Shown: positions 9,516 through 17,764, numbered from the stretch's first letter. The stretch is DNA of 38,559 bases from an uncultured Candidatus Saccharibacteria bacterium (GCA_964355785.1 CAYHEU010000002.1:1-38559); one strand, 5' to 3'. Notes: generated by a model not told the origin, from the letters alone. Translations and numbers: made by a program.

Positions 9516-10148
9516 GTGCGGATAATAAAACCCCTAAATTCTAAATTCTATCCCCTAAATACTCACTCGGGTTTTACATTGATCGAGCTTCTTGTGGTTG
9601 TTGCGGTAACCCTTGTTGTCTCGAGTATCATGATTGTCTACGGGAACAAATCGCGGAGCCAGGCATCGCTCTCGATCGAGGCGGCGAAGATTGCGCAGGT
9701 GATCCTCCGCGCGAAATCGCTCGCAATCTCAACCTACAACATTCCTCCGATTCCCTGCGGCTACGGTATCAAGATAGATTATCCTAATAAAGAATATTCA
9801 CTTGTCCTCTACGATTATCTGCCGACCGAAACGGAATGCCTCGACATAAAAGACAGGCTTGTTCAAGAGCAGACGAGAATCGTGCCGCTTGCGGCGAGCG
9901 GGATTCCGGAAACCTATCGTTTAAGCGAAGGGGTTGTGTTTCCCACGCCGCCGAGCGGTCTTGTGGAATACGTGGTGTTCGTGCCACCGGATCCGAAGAC
10001 TCACATATTCCTGCGGCCGGGAGGAGGAGGCGGATCGCCGAATCCCGCGCTCACCTCCGGCTCCGGCGAGATAAAAATTGAAACACAAGATGGCTCCGTG
10101 GGTATCTCGATATTCATAACGCCATTCGGGCAACTGAGCTTCCGATGA
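9516..10148 (+). CDS. Prepilin-type minor pilin (long leader)
   Basis: GTG start. Leader MRIIKPLNSKFYPLNTHSG|FTLIELLVVVAV with Glu+5. Confidence 0.75.
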   Translation: MRIIKPLNSKFYPLNTHSGFTLIELLVVVAVTLVVSSIMIVYGNKSRSQASLSIEAAKIAQVILRAKSLAISTYNIPPIPCGYGIKIDYPNKEYSLVLYDYLPTETECLDIKDRLVQEQTRIVPLAASGIPETYRLSEGVVFPTPPSGLVEYVVFVPPDPKTHIFLRPGGGGGSPNPALTSGSGEIKIETQDGSVGISIFITPFGQLSFR

Positions 10149-10684
10149 ATCTTATCCTAAATTCTTTCCGCGTGAGGCGATACCCGGGCGTTTCAAGGAG
10201 GGGCATGATTATTGTGGAGCTCATGGTGGCGCTAAGCGTCTTAATGGTGGGGCTTATTGCGATACTTACGCTTTTGAACCGCTCGCTTGCGTTGACTCGC
10301 GCGATTACCGAAAATTACGCCGCAACGTACCTTGCAGCGGAAGGAGTGGAGGTCGTGAAAAATTTGGTGGACGGGAACCATCTTCAGGGAAAGATATGGG
10401 GCGACGGATTCGGCGGAGGCGGCACGTTTGAGGTTGTCTATGACAGCGCGACGCTGTCGTCCGATCTCGGAAGATTCTTGTCTTTTGATCCTACGACGCA
10501 TCTCTACGGCTATGCGGGCGGCGACATAACGCCCTTCAAGCGGCGAGTGGAAGTTTCGTTTTTCGATAATGACGGGGATGGCGTGGGGGAAGAGATGAAG
10601 GTGAACTCTGTGGTACTCTGGCAGGGCCCGGGCGGCCTTTTGCAAATAAACTTGGAAGACCATTTTTATAAATGGAGACTCTAA
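10145..10684 (+). CDS. Prepilin-type minor pilin
   Basis: 4-nt overlap with the previous gene. Leader MNLILNSFRVRRYPGVSRRG|MIIVELMVALSVLMVGL with Glu+5. Confidence 0.7.
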   Translation: MNLILNSFRVRRYPGVSRRGMIIVELMVALSVLMVGLIAILTLLNRSLALTRAITENYAATYLAAEGVEVVKNLVDGNHLQGKIWGDGFGGGGTFEVVYDSATLSSDLGRFLSFDPTTHLYGYAGGDITPFKRRVEVSFFDNDGDGVGEEMKVNSVVLWQGPGGLLQINLEDHFYKWRL

Positions 10685-10708
10685 GAATAGGGGTTAGGGA
10701 TTAGAATA

Positions 10709-11089
10709 TAGAATTTAGGGATATGAAAAATACAAAACTACATTCATTTAAAGATTTGAATGTGTGGCAAAAAATAGCTGATTTGTCGGTGCGCCTCTAT
10801 TCTGTGACGGAAAAATTTCCGCCTTCAGAGTTATATGGATTGGTAAACCAAATGAGGAGGGCGACAATTTCCGCAAGTTCTAATATTGCGGAGGGGTTCA
10901 AGAGATCCCACAAGAAGGAAAAGTTGCAATTCTACAGGATCGCATCAAGTTCTGTAACGGAGTTAGAGAGCCAAATCGAGATTACTTGCAAGCTTAAATT
11001 TTTAACCAATAATGATTATAGGGATCTTATGAATCGTGTTACGGAAGTTTCAAAAATGATTGAGGGGCTAATCAAATCCCTAAATTCTA
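10709..11089. repeat. Perfect 13-bp inverted repeat bracketing the four-helix-bundle coding part
   Basis: TAGAATTTAGGGA at 10709..10721 and its exact reverse complement TCCCTAAATTCTA at 11077..11089. Imperfect complementarity extends outward to ~10681 and ~11117. Confidence 0.8.
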
Positions 11090-11598
11090 AATCCTATTCC
11101 CTAAGTCCTGATTCAGGCTTCACTATGATCGAGCTCGTGGTGTCGCTTGGAATTTTTGTGGTTCTTGTGACGATCGCGGCCGGAGGTTTCGTGCAGGCGC
11201 TCCGAGCCCAGCGCCAGGTAGGGGCTTTGATCGCCGCGAACAGCAGCGTGAGTCTCACGATCGAGCAGCTCACGAGAGAAATCCGCACGGGGTTTGATTT
11301 CTCTCTCCTTGCGCCCGACGAACTTACCTTCACGAATGCCCGGCTTGAAGATGTTACCTATCGCCTGAATGTGGACGTGATCGAGCGGCGTGCGATCGAC
11401 AGCGCGGGGAACGATTCTGGTTTTCAGCCCATAACCGCCGATAACGTTTCGGTGAAATATCTCGGCTTTGTTTTCTTGGACGATCCAGTGAATTACCCGC
11501 CGCGCATTACGATTTCTCTCGGCATCTCGCCCACGGAAAGCGACGTAAAAGAAGTGATTTTGAAGCTCCAGACGACGGCGAGCGCGCGGTTCCTTTAG
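10723..11598 (+). CDS. Single ORF fusing a 23S-rRNA-IVS-type four-helix-bundle protein (codons 1-~118) to a prepilin-type minor pilin
   Basis: The N-terminal part has the family hallmarks FKDLNVWQK...SSNIAEGF...ASSSVTELESQ. It continues in frame into ...SLNSKSYSLSPDSG|FTMIELVVSLGIFVV. An internal ATG at 11056 would give a conventional 20-aa leader. Confidence 0.7.
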   Translation: MKNTKLHSFKDLNVWQKIADLSVRLYSVTEKFPPSELYGLVNQMRRATISASSNIAEGFKRSHKKEKLQFYRIASSSVTELESQIEITCKLKFLTNNDYRDLMNRVTEVSKMIEGLIKSLNSKSYSLSPDSGFTMIELVVSLGIFVVLVTIAAGGFVQALRAQRQVGALIAANSSVSLTIEQLTREIRTGFDFSLLAPDELTFTNARLEDVTYRLNVDVIERRAIDSAGNDSGFQPITADNVSVKYLGFVFLDDPVNYPPRITISLGISPTESDVKEVILKLQTTASARFL

Positions 11599-11710
11599 TG
11601 AATCCTGGTCCGAGGCGGGCTTGTGTGTATATCTCCTCTGATTAATTTGCTATAATTTAGGAAACATAAAACAGGACTGCGACGGCAGAAAAGGCAGCAT
11701 AAATAATCTC

Positions 11711-12229
11711 GTGAAAAAAACACTTATTCTTCTTATTGTAGTAATCGCGGGATTCGGAATGGTGTATCTCTTGCTTACCTCCGGTCTCGTTCGCCGGGAC
11801 GAAAACGTTCTCCCTCCGGAAGTGAAACTTACGGAATACGAAAAAGTTCTCGAAACCACCCCGGTTTCGGTTCTCGTGGGAACGATCGTGCGAACCGGGG
11901 AAGAACTTGTGGTTGATGTCCCCGCTATCCTTGGCGTTGCGACCCCGGAAAATTCTCCGAGAAGGACGAAGATGATCGCGATTATCGAGGGAACGCGGGT
12001 GCTCGCGCGCGCCGTAAAGAGCAGCGCGGAGCTCGATCGCGAACTTCGTGAGTACACGCGAAAAACCTCTTCTCTCCGGGGAGAGCCACCCCTTCCTTAT
12101 ACGATTAAGACAATCGACAAAGTCGATCTAAAGGTCGGTGATGTGGTAATGATTCGTGCGGCCGCGGGAGTCGACGTACGGGACGAGAAAATAATCGAGG
12201 CCGCAGAGATCATACGGGAAAATCAATAA
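11711..12229 (+). CDS. Hypothetical secreted/membrane-anchored protein
   Basis: GTG start, N-terminal hydrophobic anchor LILLIVVIAGFGMVYLLL. No recognisable domain. Confidence 0.5.
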   Translation: MKKTLILLIVVIAGFGMVYLLLTSGLVRRDENVLPPEVKLTEYEKVLETTPVSVLVGTIVRTGEELVVDVPAILGVATPENSPRRTKMIAIIEGTRVLARAVKSSAELDRELREYTRKTSSLRGEPPLPYTIKTIDKVDLKVGDVVMIRAAAGVDVRDEKIIEAAEIIRENQ

Positions 12230-12233
12230 CAGC

Positions 12234-13022
12234 ATGAAAAAAGAACTCAAGAATTTCATCAAAGAAGTGGGAACTTTTACCGTTGCACTCACGCTCGCAT
12301 TCGTAATATTTCTGGGAATCGTGGTAGTGCGAGGAGCATTCGGGGAGCCGACTGGTTCGCCGTCTGATGCCTCGAGTAATGCGCCTTCTCCCATTAACGT
12401 GAATTTGGGAACGCAAACGAAGCAGGGAAAAATAGTTGCTGAAGATTTTTTCAGTCTTACTGCGATCGCTATTGATCCGGGACTCGGATGGATGTCGCAA
12501 ATCGTACAGAGAATAAAAGATGTGCGGGAAACGTATCACTTGGAAGCCGCGGGAGCGAACAACCTTACCGTGCCGTTCGATCTTCCTACCTTTTACCGGT
12601 TGTGCGGCGACAGTGACGGTTGCCGAGTAGTGCTCGGAGCTCGCAATGTTTATACCACCTTGCCCGCTGGCTTCGGCCCCGACGTTATTTATCTCAAGGG
12701 TCCTTATGTGATGAGCGTAGGGAGTCCCTTTGCTGGCGGTTTAGGCCGCGGCTGGAGCTTGTTTGCAGCCGGACTTCCTACTTCTCTCGTGTCCATAAAC
12801 CAAGGTATCGATTTGAACGGCACGGTTCAATACCCGGTTGGCGGTCCCTCTGTGGGTATTCTCTTCGGCTGTCAGTTTACAGATGGAGAATTTGGCTTGC
12901 CGAGCGGCGGATCGTCTCCCAGTTTTATCCAGAGCGATGCGCTGGAAGGTTTTGGCCTTCGTAATGCCGTCGTGAGCACCTACAGCAACAGCAAAATTTG
13001 TTCTTTGGATATCGAAGATTAA
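12234..13022 (+). CDS. Hypothetical secreted protein sharing an N-terminal module with the next three genes
   Basis: N-terminal hydrophobic segment, then AFGEPTGSP...PINVNLGTQTKQGKIVAEDFF. C-terminal part is Gly-rich and unrelated to the Cys-rich paralogues. Confidence 0.6.
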   Translation: MKKELKNFIKEVGTFTVALTLAFVIFLGIVVVRGAFGEPTGSPSDASSNAPSPINVNLGTQTKQGKIVAEDFFSLTAIAIDPGLGWMSQIVQRIKDVRETYHLEAAGANNLTVPFDLPTFYRLCGDSDGCRVVLGARNVYTTLPAGFGPDVIYLKGPYVMSVGSPFAGGLGRGWSLFAAGLPTSLVSINQGIDLNGTVQYPVGGPSVGILFGCQFTDGEFGLPSGGSSPSFIQSDALEGFGLRNAVVSTYSNSKICSLDIED

Positions 13023-13054
13023 GGGAAATGGAAAACCCAAAGGAGTCCAAAGTA

Positions 13055-13540
13055 ATGAGGTTATTTGTTCTCTTTGCTGGATCGTCTCTTTTCGCGTTTT
13101 TTGTTTTTATGGGAGTAGCGGTGGTAAAAGGGAACATTGAAGAACCTTCAAGCATCTCTGTGGTCATGCCCGTTGTCATGAATACCGGCCCTTCCTACCA
13201 AGAGAAAGCGAAGAACCTTGGCGCGGAGGATTTTTATGTGCGGGCGACCGGAAGGTGGCTGAGTCGGGGGCCCAAGGTCGTGGTCGTGGGGAGTATTTTG
13301 GATGCAGTAAATACGACCGCCTACTGTCCTGCCGGGTACCAGCTTATAAGTTGTTCTGGAGCGCGCGCACGCGACGGGGCTGATAACTGTCCCGAAGACC
13401 AGTGCGGATATGTGGGGGTGATTGCCGTTGACGCATCGGGAAATCCCGCGACCACGGACGCCGTGGGCTGCAAAGTGGGTGTTGATCCGAGTGGTAATGC
13501 GGAAGCGGTGGTGCACACATTCTGCATCCAGCGGTTTTAA
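13055..13540 (+). CDS. Small secreted Cys-rich protein, paralogue 1
   Basis: ATG at 13055 is preceded by AAGGAG at 9-nt spacing; alternative ATG at 13028. Signal anchor, GPSYQEKAKNLGAEDFYV, then a 6-Cys module CPAGYQLISCSG...CPEDQCGYVG...GC...C. Confidence 0.65.
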   Translation: MRLFVLFAGSSLFAFFVFMGVAVVKGNIEEPSSISVVMPVVMNTGPSYQEKAKNLGAEDFYVRATGRWLSRGPKVVVVGSILDAVNTTAYCPAGYQLISCSGARARDGADNCPEDQCGYVGVIAVDASGNPATTDAVGCKVGVDPSGNAEAVVHTFCIQRF

Positions 13541-13556
13541 TTTGTACTCGTCCTTT

Positions 13557-14072
13557 ATGAATCATTTTGCCGTATTTTTGAAAAGAGCCGGCGTGGCGGC
13601 GGTCGCCGCGGGAGCTTTTGGAGTTCTCTTTCTGGGCGCGGCGATCATTTCGAAGGCGTTCCAAGACCCCTCGGGAGGACAACCGTCGGTTCCGACAAAT
13701 CTCATTGATGCGCTCGATGTGGGTTCGACGTATCAGGAGAAAGGCGGTACGATTGGCGCAAGCGATTTCTATGTCGTAAATGCGGGGCGGTGGGCGAGCG
13801 AGGTTTTAGAGACAAAGATTGAAGAAGTTACGGGCGGTGCGACCGCGATTGCCTACTGCCGCCCGGGTTACCAGCTTGTGGGTTGCTCTGGCACAGGAAT
13901 TCGCGATGCGGCGAGTGCATGCCCGGAGGACCAATGCGGCTACGTGGGGACGGTGCCGGTTAACGGAGGAGGGAACCCCACGACGGTGAACCCCGCGGGC
14001 TGCAAGGCGGGCGTGGACGCAGGGGGCTATATGCGCGCAATCGTCTATGCGTACTGCCTCGAGAGTTTCTAA
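13557..14072 (+). CDS. Small secreted Cys-rich protein, paralogue 2
   Basis: ATG at 13557 (the track start 13422 overlaps the previous gene). AFQDPSGGQPS, GSTYQEKGGTIGASDFYV, CRPGYQLVGCSG...CPEDQCGYVG...GC...C. Confidence 0.65.
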   Translation: MNHFAVFLKRAGVAAVAAGAFGVLFLGAAIISKAFQDPSGGQPSVPTNLIDALDVGSTYQEKGGTIGASDFYVVNAGRWASEVLETKIEEVTGGATAIAYCRPGYQLVGCSGTGIRDAASACPEDQCGYVGTVPVNGGGNPTTVNPAGCKAGVDAGGYMRAIVYAYCLESF

Positions 14073-14082
14073 AGATAACGCA

Positions 14083-14727
14083 ATGAAAAAAGATTTTTTC
14101 GTACTGTACTTTCTTATAACATTCCTCTTTTCTCTTACGATCCTCGGATGGAGTGGCGGGATTCTCTTTGCGCTTCCCCCCCAGACGGCGCCCGGAGGTC
14201 CCGGCACGCCCCCTCCGTCGCCCCCCCCGCCGCCGAGCATTCCATCTCCTGCGCCTACGCCAACCGGCGGCGTGAAGAATTTTGCTGAAGCGACGCAAGC
14301 CCCGCCGATAGATAACATCCCTATTCCGCTCAATATCGGCTCCGCCTATCAGCAGAAAGCGGGAGAGCTCGGGGCAAATGTGTTCTACCTCGTGTCCTTG
14401 GGAAGGTTTGCGCACGAGGCACCGAAAATCAAAGTTAAAAATATGACCCAGTTGAGTGGAAGAATCGCGGAGGTGCTCTGTGATCCGGGATACAAATTGA
14501 TAAGCTGCTCCGGGGGCAGGGATCAAAACGTAGCTGATAGCTGTCCCGAAGATGCGTGCGGTTTTGTGGGAGTGGTGCCGATTGATAAAACCGGGCGGAC
14601 GAGCACCTCGACGGATCCGGGAGACGCCATGGCGGTCGGATGCAAAGCGTATGCACGAAATACCGGCGGCGCTCATGTTGCGGTGTATGCGTACTGCATG
14701 TGTAACCAAATTACGTGCCTCCCCTAA
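14083..14727 (+). CDS. Small secreted Cys-rich protein, paralogue 3, with Pro-rich linker
   Basis: ATG at 14083. Signal peptide, linker PPQTAPGGPGTPPPSPPPPPSIPSPAPTPTGG, GSAYQQKAGELGANVFYL, CDPGYKLISCSG...CPEDACGFVG...GC...C plus two extra C-terminal Cys. Confidence 0.65.
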   Translation: MKKDFFVLYFLITFLFSLTILGWSGGILFALPPQTAPGGPGTPPPSPPPPPSIPSPAPTPTGGVKNFAEATQAPPIDNIPIPLNIGSAYQQKAGELGANVFYLVSLGRFAHEAPKIKVKNMTQLSGRIAEVLCDPGYKLISCSGGRDQNVADSCPEDACGFVGVVPIDKTGRTSTSTDPGDAMAVGCKAYARNTGGAHVAVYAYCMCNQITCLP

Positions 14728-14730
14728 AGC

Positions 14731-16095
14731 ATGAAATTTTATGCCCATATAGTATGTGCACTCGTGGGAATTGCGGTTTTCACCCAGATCCCGGATGTGA
14801 CGGCGGCGCCTCGCCGGCTTGACGGACAGGCATGGTCGCCGAACGTGGGATGGGTGAGTTTCCGCGGTACGGCAAGCGACGGATCTCCCTACGGCGTATT
14901 CGTTGATGACGTAAACGGAGGATTTTCGGGAAACGCCTGGTCCCCGAACGTGGGATGGTTAAGTTTTGAGCGCGGTGCGTTCAACAATGTGACGCTCCCG
15001 GGAAGCTCGGCCGCAGGGTCCCCCGTCGGCAATTGGAGATTTGAGGAAACGGGGGGAACCCAAGCCCTCGACTCTTCCGGGAACGCAAACAATGGATCGA
15101 TGATCGGGAATCCCGCGAGGAGAACGGGTATTTTGGGGAGGGGAATTGGCTTTGACAGCGTGGACGATGTCGTGAGAGTAGATACTCCCACAACGGACCA
15201 CGTTTTGAATCCTGCGACGAGCATGACCGTCGAGACCTTTATAAATCCGTCCGTTGGATACGGAAGTAGCGCGAATCCCGGCGTCATAAGCAAAAGAGGA
15301 ACTTGGGACGATGGGTGGGGTGGTATTTGGATAAGCACAGAGGCCCTAACGTACGGGAAGATCTGGGGCAGAATATATCAGTCAAACGGCCTCGATCGCA
15401 CTCTCCCTAAGGTGGTCACGATTCCCACTGACAGATGGTCGCATGTGGTGCTCGTCGCGGACGCGACAGTTTCTCCCCGCAGAGTACAGCTCTACATAAA
15501 CGGGGCGCCTGCGGGTTCGGTTACTTATAACGGCACGCTGCGGCAGTCGACCGCCCCGCTCCTCATCGGGCAGCAGCTGGGCGGACGTTTCAAGGGCGCG
15601 ATTGATGAGGTGCGAATCTATGACCGCCCGCTCTCGCAAGCAGAAGTCCTCGCGCGGTTCAACGAAGTGACGGGCGGGACGGGCATCACGGGGTACTGGA
15701 GGATGGATGAAACAAGCGGCGTCGTTGTCGGCGATTCTTCGGGGAACGAGAGGCACGGGACGGTGAACCGAGGTTTTACCCCCGCGATCGGGAAAAACGG
15801 CGGCGCCTATAGTTTTGAAAACACTCTGGGGCAGTATGTGACATTGCCCGAGGCAACGCTTACGGATATCGCGAACATTAATAATGTAACCTTAGAGGGA
15901 TGGTTTTATTGGAAGGGCGGGACGACGCTTATGCGGGATTCCGGATGGGGCCCGAGTAACATCTTGGGCGGATGGGCTCTCGGGCTCGATATTAGCGGAC
16001 GGCTCCACTTTGACGCGGGCGACAAACGGTTTTCAACCGGCATTTCCGTCGCAGTACTCGAGAACGCATTGCACCATTACGCAATGGTGAAATAA
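14731..16095 (+). CDS. Secreted LamG (concanavalin-A-like) repeat protein, upstream segment ending at an in-frame TAA
   Basis: Signal peptide. Two LamG_3-like units (GNWRFEE..LDSSGNANNG...WSHVVLVAD...LYINGA...FKGAIDEVRIYDRPLSQAEV; second unit starts GYWRMDETSG...). The second unit is cut by TAA at 16093..16095. Confidence 0.75.
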   Translation: MKFYAHIVCALVGIAVFTQIPDVTAAPRRLDGQAWSPNVGWVSFRGTASDGSPYGVFVDDVNGGFSGNAWSPNVGWLSFERGAFNNVTLPGSSAAGSPVGNWRFEETGGTQALDSSGNANNGSMIGNPARRTGILGRGIGFDSVDDVVRVDTPTTDHVLNPATSMTVETFINPSVGYGSSANPGVISKRGTWDDGWGGIWISTEALTYGKIWGRIYQSNGLDRTLPKVVTIPTDRWSHVVLVADATVSPRRVQLYINGAPAGSVTYNGTLRQSTAPLLIGQQLGGRFKGAIDEVRIYDRPLSQAEVLARFNEVTGGTGITGYWRMDETSGVVVGDSSGNERHGTVNRGFTPAIGKNGGAYSFENTLGQYVTLPEATLTDIANINNVTLEGWFYWKGGTTLMRDSGWGPSNILGGWALGLDISGRLHFDAGDKRFSTGISVAVLENALHHYAMVK

Positions 16096-16167
16096 GGCGG
16101 GAACGTCACGTACTATATTTACGGAGAGCGTGTATTCTCCGGAAGCGGGGTTACCAATACCAAACCG

Positions 16168-17715
16168 GTGCAGAGTCCATGGTATGTGATGAAAAATGGA
16201 AGGCATGTAAGCGGCATAGACACCCTCGACTACACTTCCGGCTTTGCGGACGATATTCGAATTTATAACCGCGCCTTGAGCGAGGCGGAAATTCAGGCGT
16301 ACGTCGGTACGGTAAACGCTGCAGTTGCGCGTCTTGATCTCGGCGTAACGCCGAACGAGGGGAAGGGTTTCGGAAGATTTCTCGCGACGGACACCGGCTG
16401 GGATGGCCTTCTTAAGTTCGACGGCACGGGGTATGGCGTAATCCGCAAGGAACTCGATCTTTTGGGGTACGTATGGGGGAGCGATAAAAATGTATCAACC
16501 GGGGAATTGACGGGAGTTGTGGGATGGATGAGTTTTAACGGAAGGGCGACTGATGCCGCAAAAACTCCCTACGGGGTTTCGATCATGAATGTAAACCCGG
16601 GTTTCTCGATCTCCGTTTCCGCTGACCCCGCTTCTGGCCAACGGCCGTTGAACGATGTCGATTTTAATATTGAAATTTCAGGGAATATCCTGAATTCGTT
16701 TGTATACAAAGTTGATTGCACGAGTGACGGCACGTACGACATAACACAAAACGGAACGCAGACGACCTACGTAGTTGCCGATGCGTGCGACTATAACATA
16801 CCGGGGCGCTATCTTGCGACTGTCTTGGTTGAAGAATTATCCGCCTCGCCAATTCCCACCTCCGTCGATTACAAGCAGATATTTATCGATGTCGCGCCTC
16901 GTGCGAACCTCTCGGGCTACGGGTGGTCCTCTGAAATTGGATGGCTAAGTTTTCGCGGGACGACCTTGGACGGTTATCCTTACGGTGTCTACATTGATGA
17001 AGCGACCGGGAATTTCTCCGGGTATACCTGGTCCTCAAATTCTTCGGGCGGCGTTACGGGCGGGATCGGGTGGATCAACTTCGCTCCCTCGGGGCCTTAT
17101 CCGAGCGCGCCAAATTTCTCCGCACGCTATAACTTCTTAACTGATACGATCGATGGATGGGCGCGCGCGGTTTCCGCAGGAGGCGGTTGGGATGGCTGGA
17201 TCAAGCTTAGCGGAACTGCAACGGACGGCACGGTCTATCAGGTAAAGCGGGATATCGTGACAAGCAGAATGCAGGGATTTGCCTGGGGAGGCGACGTAAT
17301 CGGCTGGATCAGCTTCTGCGGTCCCGGCGGGAGTCCGTATTGCGTGATCGCAACCGGACTCGTAAGGCCCGTAACCGCGAGCCTCGTGGCAATACCGAAT
17401 AACGGCAAGCGCCCGCTCGCGGACGTGGATCTTGCGGCGACCACGAATACCACAAACGACGTGAATATTTTCCCCGTTACCTACAAGTTTGACTGCACCG
17501 ACGATGTTGCGGCGGGATCCGCAGGCGCGGTCTACGAAAAAACGATTACGGTTCCTGCCGCGACCTATGCCGCAACCGATCTTTGCAGATATGATAATGC
17601 GGGGAGCTATACTGCGAGCGTGAGAATCGAGCAGGGGACGGGCCAAGTGGTAACCGCGCGCGCAACAACGAAAGTGATTGTGTTCCCCGGCGGCATTATT
17701 GAGACGCCGCCGTAA
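16168..17715 (+). CDS. Downstream segment of the same LamG/repeat protein (same frame, open from 16096)
   Basis: Codons 16096 onward (GGNVTYYIYGERVF...FADDIRIYNRALSEAEIQ) complete the LamG unit interrupted at 16095. Then GW[ILM]SF repeats and PKD-like segments follow. Confidence 0.7.
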   Translation: MQSPWYVMKNGRHVSGIDTLDYTSGFADDIRIYNRALSEAEIQAYVGTVNAAVARLDLGVTPNEGKGFGRFLATDTGWDGLLKFDGTGYGVIRKELDLLGYVWGSDKNVSTGELTGVVGWMSFNGRATDAAKTPYGVSIMNVNPGFSISVSADPASGQRPLNDVDFNIEISGNILNSFVYKVDCTSDGTYDITQNGTQTTYVVADACDYNIPGRYLATVLVEELSASPIPTSVDYKQIFIDVAPRANLSGYGWSSEIGWLSFRGTTLDGYPYGVYIDEATGNFSGYTWSSNSSGGVTGGIGWINFAPSGPYPSAPNFSARYNFLTDTIDGWARAVSAGGGWDGWIKLSGTATDGTVYQVKRDIVTSRMQGFAWGGDVIGWISFCGPGGSPYCVIATGLVRPVTASLVAIPNNGKRPLADVDLAATTNTTNDVNIFPVTYKFDCTDDVAAGSAGAVYEKTITVPAATYAATDLCRYDNAGSYTASVRIEQGTGQVVTARATTKVIVFPGGIIETPP

Positions 17716-17764
17716 AGTTAGGGGTGAGAATTTAGAATATAGGGATTAGGGTATAATTAAGGAA

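Noticed and set aside
12234-13700. Reading the N-termini of the secreted paralogues (e.g. KEVG|TFTVAL, KRAG|VAAVAA) as prepilin class III signal peptides
   Set aside because: They lack the Glu+5 and the G|F/M-T-L-I-E consensus present in the five clear prepilins of this locus, and the pattern is not shared by all four proteins. They are treated as ordinary signal anchors.
13806-14748. Long minus-strand ORFs (175 aa and 262 aa) across the Cys-rich paralogue genes
   Set aside because: They are antisense to three plus-strand genes that show mutual paralogy and signal peptides. The translations are low-complexity (Arg/Gly/Pro runs) and they span gene boundaries.
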